A stretch of DNA of 63,357 nucleotides, filler included, from Octopus bimaculoides (Eukaryota): NCBI RefSeq assembly GCF_001194135.2. It is 9 parts of 8 records of this genome, joined end to end, with 100 filler letters (N's around TTAATTAATTAA, not from the genome) between each part and the next. Parts side by side here need not be neighbours in the genome. Positions count along the whole stretch, not along the records: positions 10,950 to 12,412 come from NC_068982.1; positions 12,513 to 20,706 come from NC_068989.1; positions 20,807 to 24,478 come from NW_026414352.1; 6 more parts are not named here. One strand, given 5' to 3'. Shown in pieces: positions 12,065 to 24,019 of the stretch. The notes under the pieces were generated by a model. The model worked only from the letters and a program-made list of their open reading frames with translations, searched no databases and was not told the origin of the DNA. Within the stretch, counting starts at the first letter, position 1. Each line of letters starts with the position of its first letter. Position numbers and translations under genes: made by a program.

Positions 12065-12372
12065 TACATACAGTTCTATATTTAAGAGATGAGGAATTAT
12101 TTACATTATTTACATTATCTACATTTGACGGATATTCGTCCTCATCTTGTTTGTTGTTAACACAACGTTTCGGCTGATATACCCTCCAGCCTTCGTCAGG
12201 TGTCTTGGGGAAATTTCGAACCTGGGTGCTCATTCCTATCGATGTTACTATTATTATTATTATTATATTATTATTATTATTATTATTATTAATCAGGTCG
12301 CTGCCGTGAATCGAAATCGGAACCTTGGGGTTAGTAGCCCGCGCTCTTAACCACTACGCCATATGCCCATGG
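12065..12372 (-). mobile_element. tRNA-headed SINE-like element carrying a hammerhead ribozyme in its 3' half
   Basis: Minus strand: TGGCGTAGTGG (A box) TTAAGAGCGCGGGCTACTAACCCCAAGGTTCC GATTTCGATTC (B-box-like), then (AAT)n, then a body containing the hammerhead motif, ending at (TACA)n. Confidence 0.65.
12159..12204 (-). ncRNA. Minimal type I hammerhead ribozyme motif (PLE-like)
   Basis: GACAC-CUGACGA-A-GGCUG(gagggtatat)CAGCC-GAAA-C-GUU-GUGUU. Stem I 5 bp, stem II 5 bp, loopless palindromic stem III (AACGUU); predicted cleavage between 12164 and 12163. Confidence 0.75.
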
Positions 12373-12412
12373 GCAATTATGGGGTGAATTTTAAGGCTTA
12401 TAAATCTATTAT

Positions 12413-12512
12413 NNNNNNNNNNNNNNNNNNNNNNNNNNNNNNNNNNNNNNNNNNNNTTAATTAATTAANNNNNNNNNNNNNNNNNNNNNNNNNNNNNNNN
12501 NNNNNNNNNNNN
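12413..12512. other. Synthetic assembly linker 3
   Basis: 44N-TTAATTAATTAA-44N. Confidence 0.95.
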
Positions 12513-12578
12513 TATATATATAGGGGAGGTCAGGGGAGCCTGTGTCCTTTATATATATATATATATAAAGATATAGAT

Positions 12579-12653
<75 letters not shown>

Positions 12654-13330
12654 CACGCTTATATATAGTATATTTCTCTGCTTTATACAAATCATTATTA
12701 TTATCGCAGATTTATATGCACACATGCAAATATGTATCCATACACACATATATGTATGAGTTATAATTTATTGATAAAAGATATTGCTCTACATGTGTGT
12801 ACATGAATTTATGTCCATATAAAATTACGCTTACTTTACAAACTGGAGAAAATGTAAGATTCATGTGATCAGAAGACAAACGCATAAACACACAGACACT
12901 CGACTATGAAAACACTTGCATACACATACATTCGTAAGTGTGTATATGAACACACGTGTGCCTGTATGTGAGCATATATATATACGAGTGTGTGTGTGTG
13001 TGTGCGTGTGTGTGTGTATGTGTGCGTGTAACATTTAAAACGGGTTGATTTGATTGTGTGCTACTTCAAGTTTTGCAAGACCCTAACAGGGGCTCGACCC
13101 CTTCAGGTTTCTAGAATGACTGGTCGTCCCAGAACCCTGAATCGAATTGGTTTAAACATTACATGCAACTCCTAATAACTGTGTTAAGTACCCTTTTCTT
13201 TCGTTTTTCCACTCATTCGTATATATCTGTGTGTGTGTGTGTGTGTGCGTGCTTGTGTGTGCGCGTGCGTGTGCGTGTGTGTGTGTGTATTTCTTTTTTA
13301 CGTCTTTTCTGTCTTCCTCTCTCTCTCTCT

Positions 13331-13368
<38 letters not shown>

Positions 13369-13766
13369 GCACTTCTTTCCACTTTTTTCTTTCTCTTGTT
13401 CCAAATAAAGCATCTTTTCAATTTGTATGAACGGCAAAGAAATTTTCTATAAAACTTATTGGAAGTGTCCTCAGAGGGCTAATAAACAATTATTCAAAAT
13501 TCTGACTGCATTCTTTTTCTTAGCATATATATAAATATATAACTCTCTACTTGAGTAGGCCATGGTGTCCGGATCCTTATTTGAATGACTTCGCCAAGTG
13601 GTGCTATTAAGTTAGACATGACCGTTGTCTGTACTGGCCGAAACCTATCAAAGTGTCAAACTACATATATATATCAAAATAAATGTTAATATTTTTATAT
13701 ATTCGCCCTTCCATTTTTTGCATCTACCTTCTCGGCTTTTCGTGTGATATATCTCATACTAGTATC

Positions 13767-14329
13767 CTGATTTGCAAATTGAATAGGCCATGTGCTTAGA
13801 GCCCGAAAATTTTCTTGGTGACATGTGTTATAAAAACCTACCTAGGCCCGCACCTCCAAATCAGAGCATTATTAGTAGCTCGTATCTTAATACTGAGTAC
13901 ATTAAATGATATATATATATATTATCTGCACAAGCTACTAATAATGTGTAAGGTACATTTATATATAGCCGCAGGCGTGGCTGTGTGGTGAGATCACTTC
14001 CCGACTACATGATTCCAGGTTCAGTCCTACTGCATAGCACCTTGGGCAAGTATTTTCTACCATAGCTCCAGGCCGACCAAAGCCTTATGAGTGGATTTGG
14101 TTGACGGAAACTGAAAGAAGCCCGTCGTATATATATGTATATATATATGTATANNNNNNNNNNCTGATTTGCAAATTGAATAGGCCATGTGCTTAGAGCC
14201 CGAAAATTTTCTTGGTGACATGTGTTATAAAAACCTACCTAGGCCCGCACCTCCAAATCAGAGCATTATTAGTAGCTCGTATCTTAATACTGAGTACATT
14301 AAATGATATATATATATATTATCTGCACA
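13767..14329 (+). repeat. 166-bp near-identical direct duplication (13767-13932 and 14164-14329) across a 10-N gap
   Basis: Both copies run CTGATTTGCAAATTGAATAGGCC...ATTATCTGCACA; the second starts right at the gap edge. Confidence 0.9.
13971..14130 (+). mobile_element. SINE family A head
   Basis: GCAGGCGTGGCTGTGTGGT...CCAGGTTCAGTCCTACTGC...GGCCGACCAAAGCCTT...GGAAACTGAAAGAAGCCCGTCG followed by (TA)n. Confidence 0.8.
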
Positions 14330-14350
14330 GCTCGAAGGTGAATAAGATTG

Positions 14351-15513
14351 AAATAAGTAACAGAATGTCAAGTAGTAATACAGTACGACCGTTTCGAGCG
14401 GTTCCATTTAATTGACCAATGCATTCATTGCATCAATTTAAATAGAGCGCTATCTTCAGCTGCACAAATATCGATTTTCAACAAACAAGATATATTAGTA
14501 TAATTTTTCTTAAATATTTTAATAGACCAAGAGGATGGAAGAATTTCATGTTGTCACTATTGTAGCAAGAATAGCTAAGTGAAGAATAAAACTACAATCT
14601 TTAGAGTGCCATAGAACACATTGGGTGTCATAGGGTTGTAATTCATTTCCAATTTATCTATCTCCTTATCATCAACAAAAATCTGAGACTAGAAGACTAC
14701 GTATGTTTGGAATAAAGAGCTAAGTAAGTTTACAGCTCATAGCTGGCTGCTGGTCATAAATTTCATACTATCACAAGTACCCACAACCCACATTAATTCA
14801 TGATGTTCTTACCAGTTAAAGGGGCAAACACTATGAAACTTAGGATGTTACAATGGGATCCAGGAAAACAGTGGGAGAATGTTTATAAACAATATTATGT
14901 TGTATAAAAATGAGAATAATATTTTTTAAAAATTCTAGAAAAGGATATCATAACTAAGTTAGCTAAAAGGGATTTATAGATCAATTTAAACATTAAAAGA
15001 AGATTACTATAATGTAGAATCAACTTAATACCTCATCTTTACTTAATTAGTTATTAGGTAGTCACTATAAAGACCACTCAAACCACTTACATATGGAATT
15101 TATCTTGAAAGGTATACGTACTGACTATTGATTGAAAGTAAGGGATCAGAAATCATTACAAATATACTTAATATGAGTGCTAGGGTAGAAATTCATAGAA
15201 GGAAAGAAAAGTGTAATCACCAAATAGGATGAGGTCAGACTAACTAGGCAGGGGCTACCGCTCTAAATATTGTAGTTTTGTTGTTCTCTTAACTATTCTT
15301 GCTACAATAGTGACGACATGGAATTCTTCTATCCTCTTGCTCTGTTAAAATATTTAAGAAAACTTATATTAATATATGTCCGTTGAAAATCCATATTTGT
15401 GCAGCTGAAGATAGCGCTCTATTTAAACTGATGTAAAGATTGCATTGTTCAATTAAATGGAGCCGCTTCAAACGGTCGTACTGCATTACTACTTGATATT
15501 CTGCTACTTATTT
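14351..15513. repeat. Long inverted repeat (about 255-bp arms 14351-14608 and 15259-15513) around an AT-rich spacer
   Basis: For example AAATAGAGCGCTATCTTCAGCTGCACAAATAT vs ATATTTGTGCAGCTGAAGATAGCGCTCTATTT, and CAGTACGACCGTTT vs AAACGGTCGTACTG. Confidence 0.85.
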
Positions 15514-16089
15514 TGAAATTGGTGGTGCTCCAGCATAACCACGGCTGCATGACTGAAACGAGTAAAAGAGTTAAAGAGCGTATATAAATATATATATANN
15601 NNNNNNNNNNNNNNNNNNNNNNNNNNNNNNNNNNNNNNNNNNNNNNNNNNNNNNNNNNNNNNNNNNNNNNNNNNNNNNNNNNNNNTATATCCATGTGTGT
15701 GTGTCTTTGTGTCTGATTTTGTCCCCCCATTACCGCTTCACAACCGGTGTTGGTGTGTTTATATCCCCGTAAGAGATCGATAGAGCATTACTAGGCTTAA
15801 GAAGTAATTCCTGGGATCGATTTGTTCGACTGAAATCCTTCAAGGCAATGCTCCAGCATGGCTGCAGTCAAATGAATGAAACAAGTAAAAGAAACAGAAT
15901 AAAAGAATATATACATACATATATAATCATACACACACAGACTCACACACATATACTACATATATTACACAAACTCACGCACATATATACTCACATACAC
16001 ACGCACGTTTACAGGCATACATACATACATACATACATGTGTACACGTATATATACTTATATACTTGTACATATAGCTATCTTTCTCTG

Positions 16090-16300
16090 GTCCTGGGTTA
16101 TGAGAGAGTTGAATACGGACGCTCACTTTTGTGATTCTTGCCTTGACCTGGTATCTCTGAAAAAATTTGTCCAGATTTCCGTCCTGTGTGCATGGAGTGA
16201 TAACTTCCTTCTCCCGAGTTCAAATCGTGAACCATGTCAACTGGCCCAACTTAGTACGTTATTTGGAATGTTGAGATGAATTCGATCTTTTCCCAAGTTT
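16090..16300 (-). mobile_element. Possible decayed RTE-type RT fragment
   Basis: Frameshifted peptide ...DGNLDKFFQRYQVKARITKVSVRIQL resembles the RTE segment preceding the ADD motif. Confidence 0.35.
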
Positions 16301-16338
16301 TTTAATTAACGCGAATTAACACGTAACTTAGAATCCTT

Positions 16339-16431
16339 GGCACCTTGGAAAAGTGTCTTCTACTGTAGCCTCGGGCCGACCAAAGCCTTGTCAGTGGATT
16401 TGGTAGACGGAAACTGAAAGAAGCCCGTCAT

Positions 16432-16462
<31 letters not shown>

Positions 16463-16703
16463 CACACATATAAATATTTATTTATGTGTGTGTCTGTATT
16501 TGTCCCCCTATCATCGCTTGACAACCGACGCTGATGTGTTTATGCCCCCGTAACTGAACGGTTCGGCAAAAGAGACTGATAGAATAAGTAATAGGCTTAG
16601 AAAGAATAAGTTTTAGGGTCGATTTCTTCGAAAAAACCCTTTAAGGCGGTGCTCCAGTATAGCCGCAGTCAAGTGACTGAAACAAATAAAGGAATATAAA
16701 AGA
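16339..16703 (+). mobile_element. SINE family A, 5'-truncated, with internal (TA)n/(CA)n
   Basis: Head part, microsatellite, then tail TTTGTCCCCC...CTTGACAACCG...GGCGGTGCTCCAG...GCAGTCAAGTGACTGAAAC. Confidence 0.85.
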
Positions 16704-17352
16704 CCCGTAACCCACATACAAATGACATTTACTGGGGATGCACATATGCTATGTTAACTGGGCATGATACTTCTTCGAGGGAAACGTACGTTTCACGCCA
16801 GGCTTGTGCTACATTCCAGTGTTGCATGATTCCACATAGACAGTGAAGAAACGTAGTGCATTGATGGTTTCACTGCTCTGAAGACATACGGTAACATATT
16901 TATTGCTGTAATATTCATTCCATCGTTGATCCGATTAAAGTTACAATAGGGTGCCTGCCGTATCTCTTCAAGCATTCAATAAAGGGCGGTAATATAGACA
17001 TTTATTTTAGTCACGCTTGCATTAGTCAACGTTAAATAATTCAATTTGCTTAAAAACTTGAGAATTGAAAATGCATTTGCGTAGATGATGGCTATTATTT
17101 GATATCAAAGGTTTTCAAATTAATATACGAATATGTATATTAATACACAAATGATACAAGATCATACATAAACAAATGTACTTAGTGAATAGATATACTG
17201 GGATACACAAACACACGCGTGCGCTCACGCTCGTACACACATGAAATGAAATTAAATGATTATTGCACTCTCGTGAGCGTGTATCTATATATATGAGCAT
17301 TCATCTACATGTAGATATAATGAACAAATATGTAACACACGTGTGTGTGAAA

Positions 17353-17398
<46 letters not shown>

Positions 17399-17635
17399 GC
17401 TCACACACACATATATACACATATGAGTGTATATATGCATGTATCTATAATTTAAAAACAAATAGCTGCTTATGGGGACGCTATAATTGATATTGTGGTT
17501 GCATGCCTCTGTATATATGTGAATGTGTGCATGCATGTGTGTGTATGTGTGTATCAATTTATTAATTGATTTCATAATTTTCAAAGGAAATATTTACACG
17601 CGCAAATAAGCAATTACACCTACGTATGTTTGTGT

Positions 17636-17669
<34 letters not shown>

Positions 17670-18142
17670 TATTTGTATATTCTCCCATATATATNNNNNN
17701 NNNNNNNNNNNNNNNNNNNNNNNNNNNNNNNNNNNNNNNNNNNNNNNNNNNNNNNNNNNNNNNNNNNNNNNNNNNNNNNNNNNNNNNNNNNNNNNNNNNN
17801 NNNNNNNNNNNNNNNNNNNNNNNNNNNNNNNNNNNNNNNNNNNNNNNNNNNNNNNNNNNNNNNNNNNNNNNNNNNNNNNNNNNNNNNNNNNNATATGTAT
17901 GTATGTATGTATTTATGTATGTATTTATGTATGTATAATAGATATGCATACATTTCACATAATCATATACTAATGATAGCTCCATGCTTGCCTTATATGT
18001 ATATATATGTGTGTGTGTACCTTAATGAATCAATTTATTTAAGCATATATAATTGATATGGCAATTTATCAAACGAAATATCAATTATGGAGCTGGCTTC
18101 CCAATGCAGCGTATATACATGCACACACACACCCACACACAC

Positions 18143-18218
<76 letters not shown>

Positions 18219-18825
18219 GTACACACACATATACGCTTGCCCATAAATAAGTTATGTATCTATTTACGTATGTATGCATGTTTTTATTTGTATATTCCCA
18301 TGTTATACTATATTATATCATATTATATCTTGGAATCCAATTTCATAATTTTGATGAATAAAGTGAAGCTGAAATAATGGCTATGCAATTACAGAGTGTA
18401 TATATGGCTATTCCTATATTATAGATAACAGTTCATGCTGCCTTATATGTGCACATGTGGTTGCATACATGTGTGTCTTTGTGTGCGTTTATGTGAATAT
18501 CACTGTATCGTCATATGTANNNNNNNNNNATGTATGTATGTATGTATGTATATATATAAGTAAATACATAGATACATATAAATGCGTACGTATATAAATG
18601 TGTGTATATATATATTATTTATTGATTCACATATATATTATATTATATATAATCATGTATATATAGATACAGATGTATATGTGTATATGTATAACTATCT
18701 ATTTATATGCACATAGTACTCTATAACATGTGTATTTGTGTATGCATGTGTGTGTGTGTGTTTATGTATAAATCTCTATGCAAAGAAACACAGACGCATA
18801 TATGTTAGGTATTTCAATATAAACC

Positions 18826-18856
<31 letters not shown>

Positions 18857-18870
18857 GTGTGTGTGTGTAT

Positions 18871-18924
<54 letters not shown>

Positions 18925-19248
18925 ACATTAGCAACTCCTCAAGATTACTTTGGTAAAATGCATTTCCGTTAATATTAACGTTCATATAATACGGACAATA
19001 AAATTAAGCGAAACAGCATTTGTCACACCCTGACTTTGATAATATTGACCAGATGATAACATTAACCGAGATTAAAACGACCCACGTCTGTTATAACTAC
19101 ACTCACGCGTACATATTCCTGGATGCACATTCACTATCAAGTGCTCTTTTCCACACTCACACACATATAGATAAATAGATAGGAATTCATTTACACAAAC
19201 ACACACATACATATGTGTGTGTGTGTGTGTAGAAATCAGTGCGCATAC

Positions 19249-19325
<77 letters not shown>

Positions 19326-20339
19326 AGCAAACACATACAGATACTCACACATATATAAATTCGTAAATTGGTAGACACGTACTTAAGTATATGTACGCAT
19401 ATATATATTCACAAACACAGAAGCACATACCATCGCTATATACGGGGAGGTAAAGAGAAAGTGAGACAGTGTGCATTAAACAATTGTCTGTACGTATGTG
19501 TATATATGTATGTTTGAGTTTGTTTGTATGTGTGAATATGTGTAGTTTTTTTTTTTTGTTCGTATTCTCTTGCTATGCATATATGTATTTAAATCAAATA
19601 ACGATTACATCTCACAGTGCTGATATCATACTGTAATTATTAAATTAATTGTAAAGATTGATATCACAATATTTTTTATATATATGATAAAGAGAATAAC
19701 ATGATATTAAAATTTACATTCAAATGTTGTATTTTTTTGTTTTTGTTCTTTCTTTCCTCATCACCATTCAGTAGTTATCTTTCCTTGGTATATTAATCAT
19801 CAAAGTTGCAGGGAATGAAATTAAATTTGATTATAGATTTGAACAGCAGATTGTCATGTTAATAGCATGAATGAATCTACCAGTTTATTTGAAATTAAGA
19901 AAAAAATAAATACCATTAATATGGCTGTATGATATTAGAATAAAATCACTGTCTGAAATGTGTTATGTTATAAATATATCTTCTTTGTCTTTGGCAACGA
20001 AATCTCACATATAATATCTATGTGAGTGAATGTTTTACTTTAATGTGAACAGGGTTTTTTTGGTGTTTAATGTGTATGTAGTTTGCACGGTTATATTATA
20101 TAATTACCATAAATTCATTTATTTTATTATAGCCGATGATTAGGAGAAAAAAAGACATGGTCGTAAAAACACGTATAGACATGAAGATAGTAATAGAGAG
20201 AGGGGGAGGGGGAGGGAGAAGGAGTGAGAGAAAAAGACTGAGATGCATTAACGTATGCATATTTATGTATATTCATACTGTCTAAGATATGTGTGCGTGT
20301 GTCTGTGTGTGTGGCTTTAATTTTCATTTTATATTCACT

Positions 20340-20706
20340 AAGGCGACGAGCTGGCAAAATTGTTAGCACTCCGGACAAAATGCTTATCAGCATTTTCTCC
20401 TCTTTACGTTCTTATTTTTTTATTGCCCACAAGAGGCTAAACATAGAGGGAACAAACAAGGACAGACGAACGGATTAAGTCGATTAAATCGACCCCAGTG
20501 CGTAACTGCTACTTAATTTATCGACCCCGAAAGGATGAAAGGCAAAGTCGACCTCGGCGGAATTTGAACTCAGAACGTAACGGCAGACGAAATACCGCTA
20601 AGCATTTCACCCGGCGTGCTAACGATTCTGCCAGCTCGCCACCTACTCTCCTCTTTACGTTCTGTGTTCGAATTCCGCTGAGGTAGACTTTGTTTATCAT
20701 CTTTTC
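20340..20706. mobile_element. Nested copies of SINE family B (AAGGCGGCGAGCTGGCAGAA...GCCTTTCATCCTTTCGGGGTCGATAAA)
   Basis: Plus-strand partial 20340-20410, minus-strand near-complete copy about 20410-20645, plus-strand partial to the linker. Confidence 0.75.
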
Positions 20707-20806
20707 NNNNNNNNNNNNNNNNNNNNNNNNNNNNNNNNNNNNNNNNNNNNTTAATTAATTAANNNNNNNNNNNNNNNNNNNNNNNNNNNNNNNNNNNNNN
20801 NNNNNN
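20707..20806. other. Synthetic assembly linker 4
   Basis: 44N-TTAATTAATTAA-44N. Confidence 0.95.
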
Positions 20807-21185
20807 GTCCCTGTAATTTAGTGGTTTGGCAAAAGAAATTGACAGAATAAGTATTAGGTTTCAAAAAAAAGGTCCTGGGGTCGATTCATTTGACTAAAAT
20901 TCTTCAAGGTGGTGCCCCAGCATGGCCACAGTCTAATGACTGAAAAATGTAAAAGATATATATGTGTGATTTTGTGTTCGTCCCACACAGCCACTCACTA
21001 GCAGTGTTGGTGTGTTTACATCCCTGTAACTTAGCAGTCTGGCAAAAGAGACAAAAATATAAAAAATACCAAACTTGAAAAAGATAAGTTCTGGGGTCAA
21101 TTCGTTTGACAAACTGTTCTTCAAGGCAGTGCCCCAGCATGGCCGCATTCTAATGACTGAAACAAATAAAAGAAAAGATAAAAAT
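20807..21185 (+). mobile_element. Two tandem SINE family A 3' halves
   Basis: Both end in GGTGCCCCAGCATGGCC...AATGACTGAAA. Confidence 0.75.
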
Positions 21186-21227
21186 AAGCCTTTACATTTG
21201 ACACAGTAATCTGAATGCCAAAGGGAT

Positions 21228-21961
21228 TTAACCCCTCCATTACCAACCTGGCTGAAACTGCCTCTGGCTCTGAGTACAAATGTCTTGTTTCTATAAGTTT
21301 TGCATCAAAATCTTCCACCAAACCGTAGTCACAATTTATGGTCCTAATACTAGATGAATGATAACTAAGTTATTTTACTAAATTCTTTGTTATATTTAAA
21401 GTAATTGAAAGAAACAAAGAGCATCTCAAAATAAATGCAGTAACGAAAGTGTTAAAATATATAATAGAGAAACAATTCTTAACGCTTTTGTTACCAACCC
21501 GGCTGAAACTGCCTCTGGTTCTGTAGTACAAATGTCTTGTTTTCATGAGTTCTGAATTAAAATCTTCCACCAAACCTTACTCGCAATTTATGTCCCTAAC
21601 ACTAGCTTAATGATAACTTAGTTATTTTACTAAATTCTTTGTTATATTTGAAATTAATTGAAAGAAACACAGAGCATCTCAACAGAAATATGGTAACGAA
21701 AGGGTTGAAATATATAATAGAGAAACAATTCTTAACGCTTTCGTTACCAACCCGGCTGAAACTGCCTCTGGCTCTGTAGTACAAATGTCTTGTTTTCATG
21801 AGTTTTGAATTAATATCTTCCACCAAACCTTAGTCACAATTTATGTTCCTAACACAAGCTGAATGATAACTAAGTTATTTTACTAAATTCTTTGTTATAT
21901 TTAAAATTAATTGAAAGAAACACAGAGCATCTTAAAATAAATACAATAACGAAAGGGTTAA
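21228..21961. mobile_element. Three tandem piggyBac-type MITEs (about 228 bp each) separated by a shared 23-bp spacer
   Basis: Copies at 21228-21455, 21479-21708 and 21732-21961. Inferred termini TTAACCCTTTCGTTAC / GTAACGAAAGGGTTAA (no copy perfect at both ends). Spacer AATATATAATAGAGAAACAATTC occurs twice. Confidence 0.8.
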
Positions 21962-22060
21962 CCTCTCTCCATCTGTTCCGTAGCCTGTATGCTATCTTCG
22001 CGGATACATTTTAGCTCCTTCATTACTCATTGTTTTTTTTTCTTTTTGTTTTTGGTGCAG

Positions 22061-22207
22061 ACAGATATTGTGAGCCATGAATTTGCAGTGGAATGGATGA
22101 CTGACTTTGAGACTTTTGAAGAAGCCTTACAGAATGAAACTTCATACGTTTCAAACTTGACAAGGTCTATGAGTTTAGTCTTGGATGAATTTTACACTAA
22201 CCTTAAG
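22061..22207 (+). CDS. GPN1: Internal exon of GPN-loop GTPase 1 (XAB1)
   Basis: 147 nt, phase 0/0, acceptor TTTTTGGTGCAG|, donor AAG|GTAAAT. Encodes [49 protein letters not shown], matching the conserved GPN1 segment (K)[35 protein letters not shown]. Confidence 0.92.
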
Positions 22208-22249
22208 GTAAATCAGAGTTTACTTCTTCAATGTACATCTTCGTCATTA

Positions 22250-22862
22250 TCATCATATGACCTTTTTTTCCCATGTTAGCATGGGTTGCATGGTTTGACA
22301 AGAACAGTGGGCCTAACCGAGGCGATGACAAGTGACGGAGACCTTTGGAGATATGCTGTGCTTGAGAAGACCCGGCAAGCCAAGTAAGACCGTAACTGTG
22401 GCCTATACCAGTGCAGCATAACCAACCCATTTAAGAGTACCCTTCAATCATTGAGCAATAAACTGGGCTTGCTAAGACCTGTTGAGTCAAGTGAAGTCAT
22501 TGTCGTGGCTGATGAAAGTACCGCTTGATTGGCACCCATGCTGGTGACATGTAAAAAGCACCATTTGAGCGTGGTTGTTGCCAGTGCCGCCTGACTGGCT
22601 CCTGTGCCAGTGGCACGTAAAAAGCACTATTCAAGTGTGGCCAATGCCAGTACTGTCTGACTGGCCCTCGTGCCAGTGGCACTTAAAAAGCACTCACTTC
22701 ACTCTTGGAGTGGTTGGCATTAGGAAGGGCATCCAGCTGTAGAAACTTTTCCAGATTGGATTGGAGCCTGGTGCAGCCTCCTGGCTTGCCAGTCCTCAAT
22801 CAAACCGTCCAACTCATGCCAGCATGGAAAGCGGACGTTAAATGATGATGATGGTGATGATG
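22250..22862. mobile_element. Two oppositely oriented RTE-type 3' ends just downstream of the GPN1 exon
   Basis: The minus-oriented end begins TCATCATATGACC...CCATGTTAGCATGGGTT. The plus-oriented copy contains the GTGCCAGTGGCAC subrepeats and ends GCATGGAAAGCGGACGTTAAA(TGA)n. Confidence 0.7.
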
Positions 22863-23639
22863 GTACTTATTTTAACAGCCCTTGAAAGGATGAAAGACAA
22901 AGTCAACTTCGGCAGAATTTGAACTCGGACGTGAAGATGGATGAAATACCACTAAACATTTTGCCCGGTGTGCTAATGATTCTACCAACTTGGTGCCTTA
23001 ATAATAACAGCGAGCTGACCCTGTGGATATTCCGTGATTTGATTAGAAGCAACCATCTAGTGTTAAATTATCATCTGTGTTTGCATGTGTGTGCCAAGAG
23101 CATTTGTATCTGTGTGTGTGTGTGTGTATGTACCGATAGTTTGTATCTGTGTGAGTGTGTCTGTTTCTAGCACAGATATTTATCATCTCACCACTTTAAT
23201 CTAATAGAAGATAAATTGATAGGAAGATGTGTGTGTATGCCTTTAACATTTGTGTGAATCTCTTTTTCTTTCCCTCTCTGTCACACACACACACACTTTA
23301 CCATCCCCTTTCCACAATATGACAGGTTAACACCACAGATTGTTTACACAGATCTGTCATTAGATTATTGCTGTTGCTCCGGGTGTTGCCCTAAGGGTCA
23401 ATAATCCAAGAACCACCAGTTGGGGTCAGTGTAACCCTTTTGTTATGATTCTTCTTTCCTCCTTTTCTTTTATCTCATTTCGGAAAAGATGGCTGACTGT
23501 AGCAAGAGTGTTGAGAATAAATGAACCTGTTTGAGCGAGAAATTAAAGAGTTTAACAAAGGGTTCAGTGTTGGAATGTGCTTTGTGGGGTCGGCCACGTG
23601 CCTCACTTTATAATTATTTTTTTCATTCATTTCTTATTT

Positions 23640-23868
23640 CTTTACTGCCCTCAAAGGGCCACACACATAGGGGTCAAACAAGGACAAACAAAGGGATTAA
23701 GTCGTTTTTATCGCCCCAGTGTGTAACTGGTACTTATTTAATCGATCCAGAAAGGATGAAAGGCAAAGTCGACCTCGGCGGAATTTGAACTCAGAACGTA
23801 GCAGCAGATGAAACACCACTAAGCATTATCGCCCGGCGTGCTAACGTTTCTGCCAGCTCGCCACCTTT
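23640..23868 (-). mobile_element. SINE family B, near complete
   Basis: Reverse complement of the family B consensus; another partial copy at about 22880-22995. Confidence 0.8.
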
Positions 23869-24019
23869 TTCATTCATTTTTGTTTCTCATCCAAATTTTA
23901 TACTTATTTATCATCGATTAAATGGTCCATTCGTCGCCCAACCCCTTGTCTGTCCTTGTATTGTCCACTCTATTTTTTGACCTTTTTGGTTAATAGAGAA
24001 AAGACTTATTCCTGTCAAT

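Noticed and set aside
14780-15260. Spacer peptide ending LTRQGLP, faintly like mitovirus RdRp
   Set aside because: Many stops and no catalytic motifs; the resemblance is too short to support.
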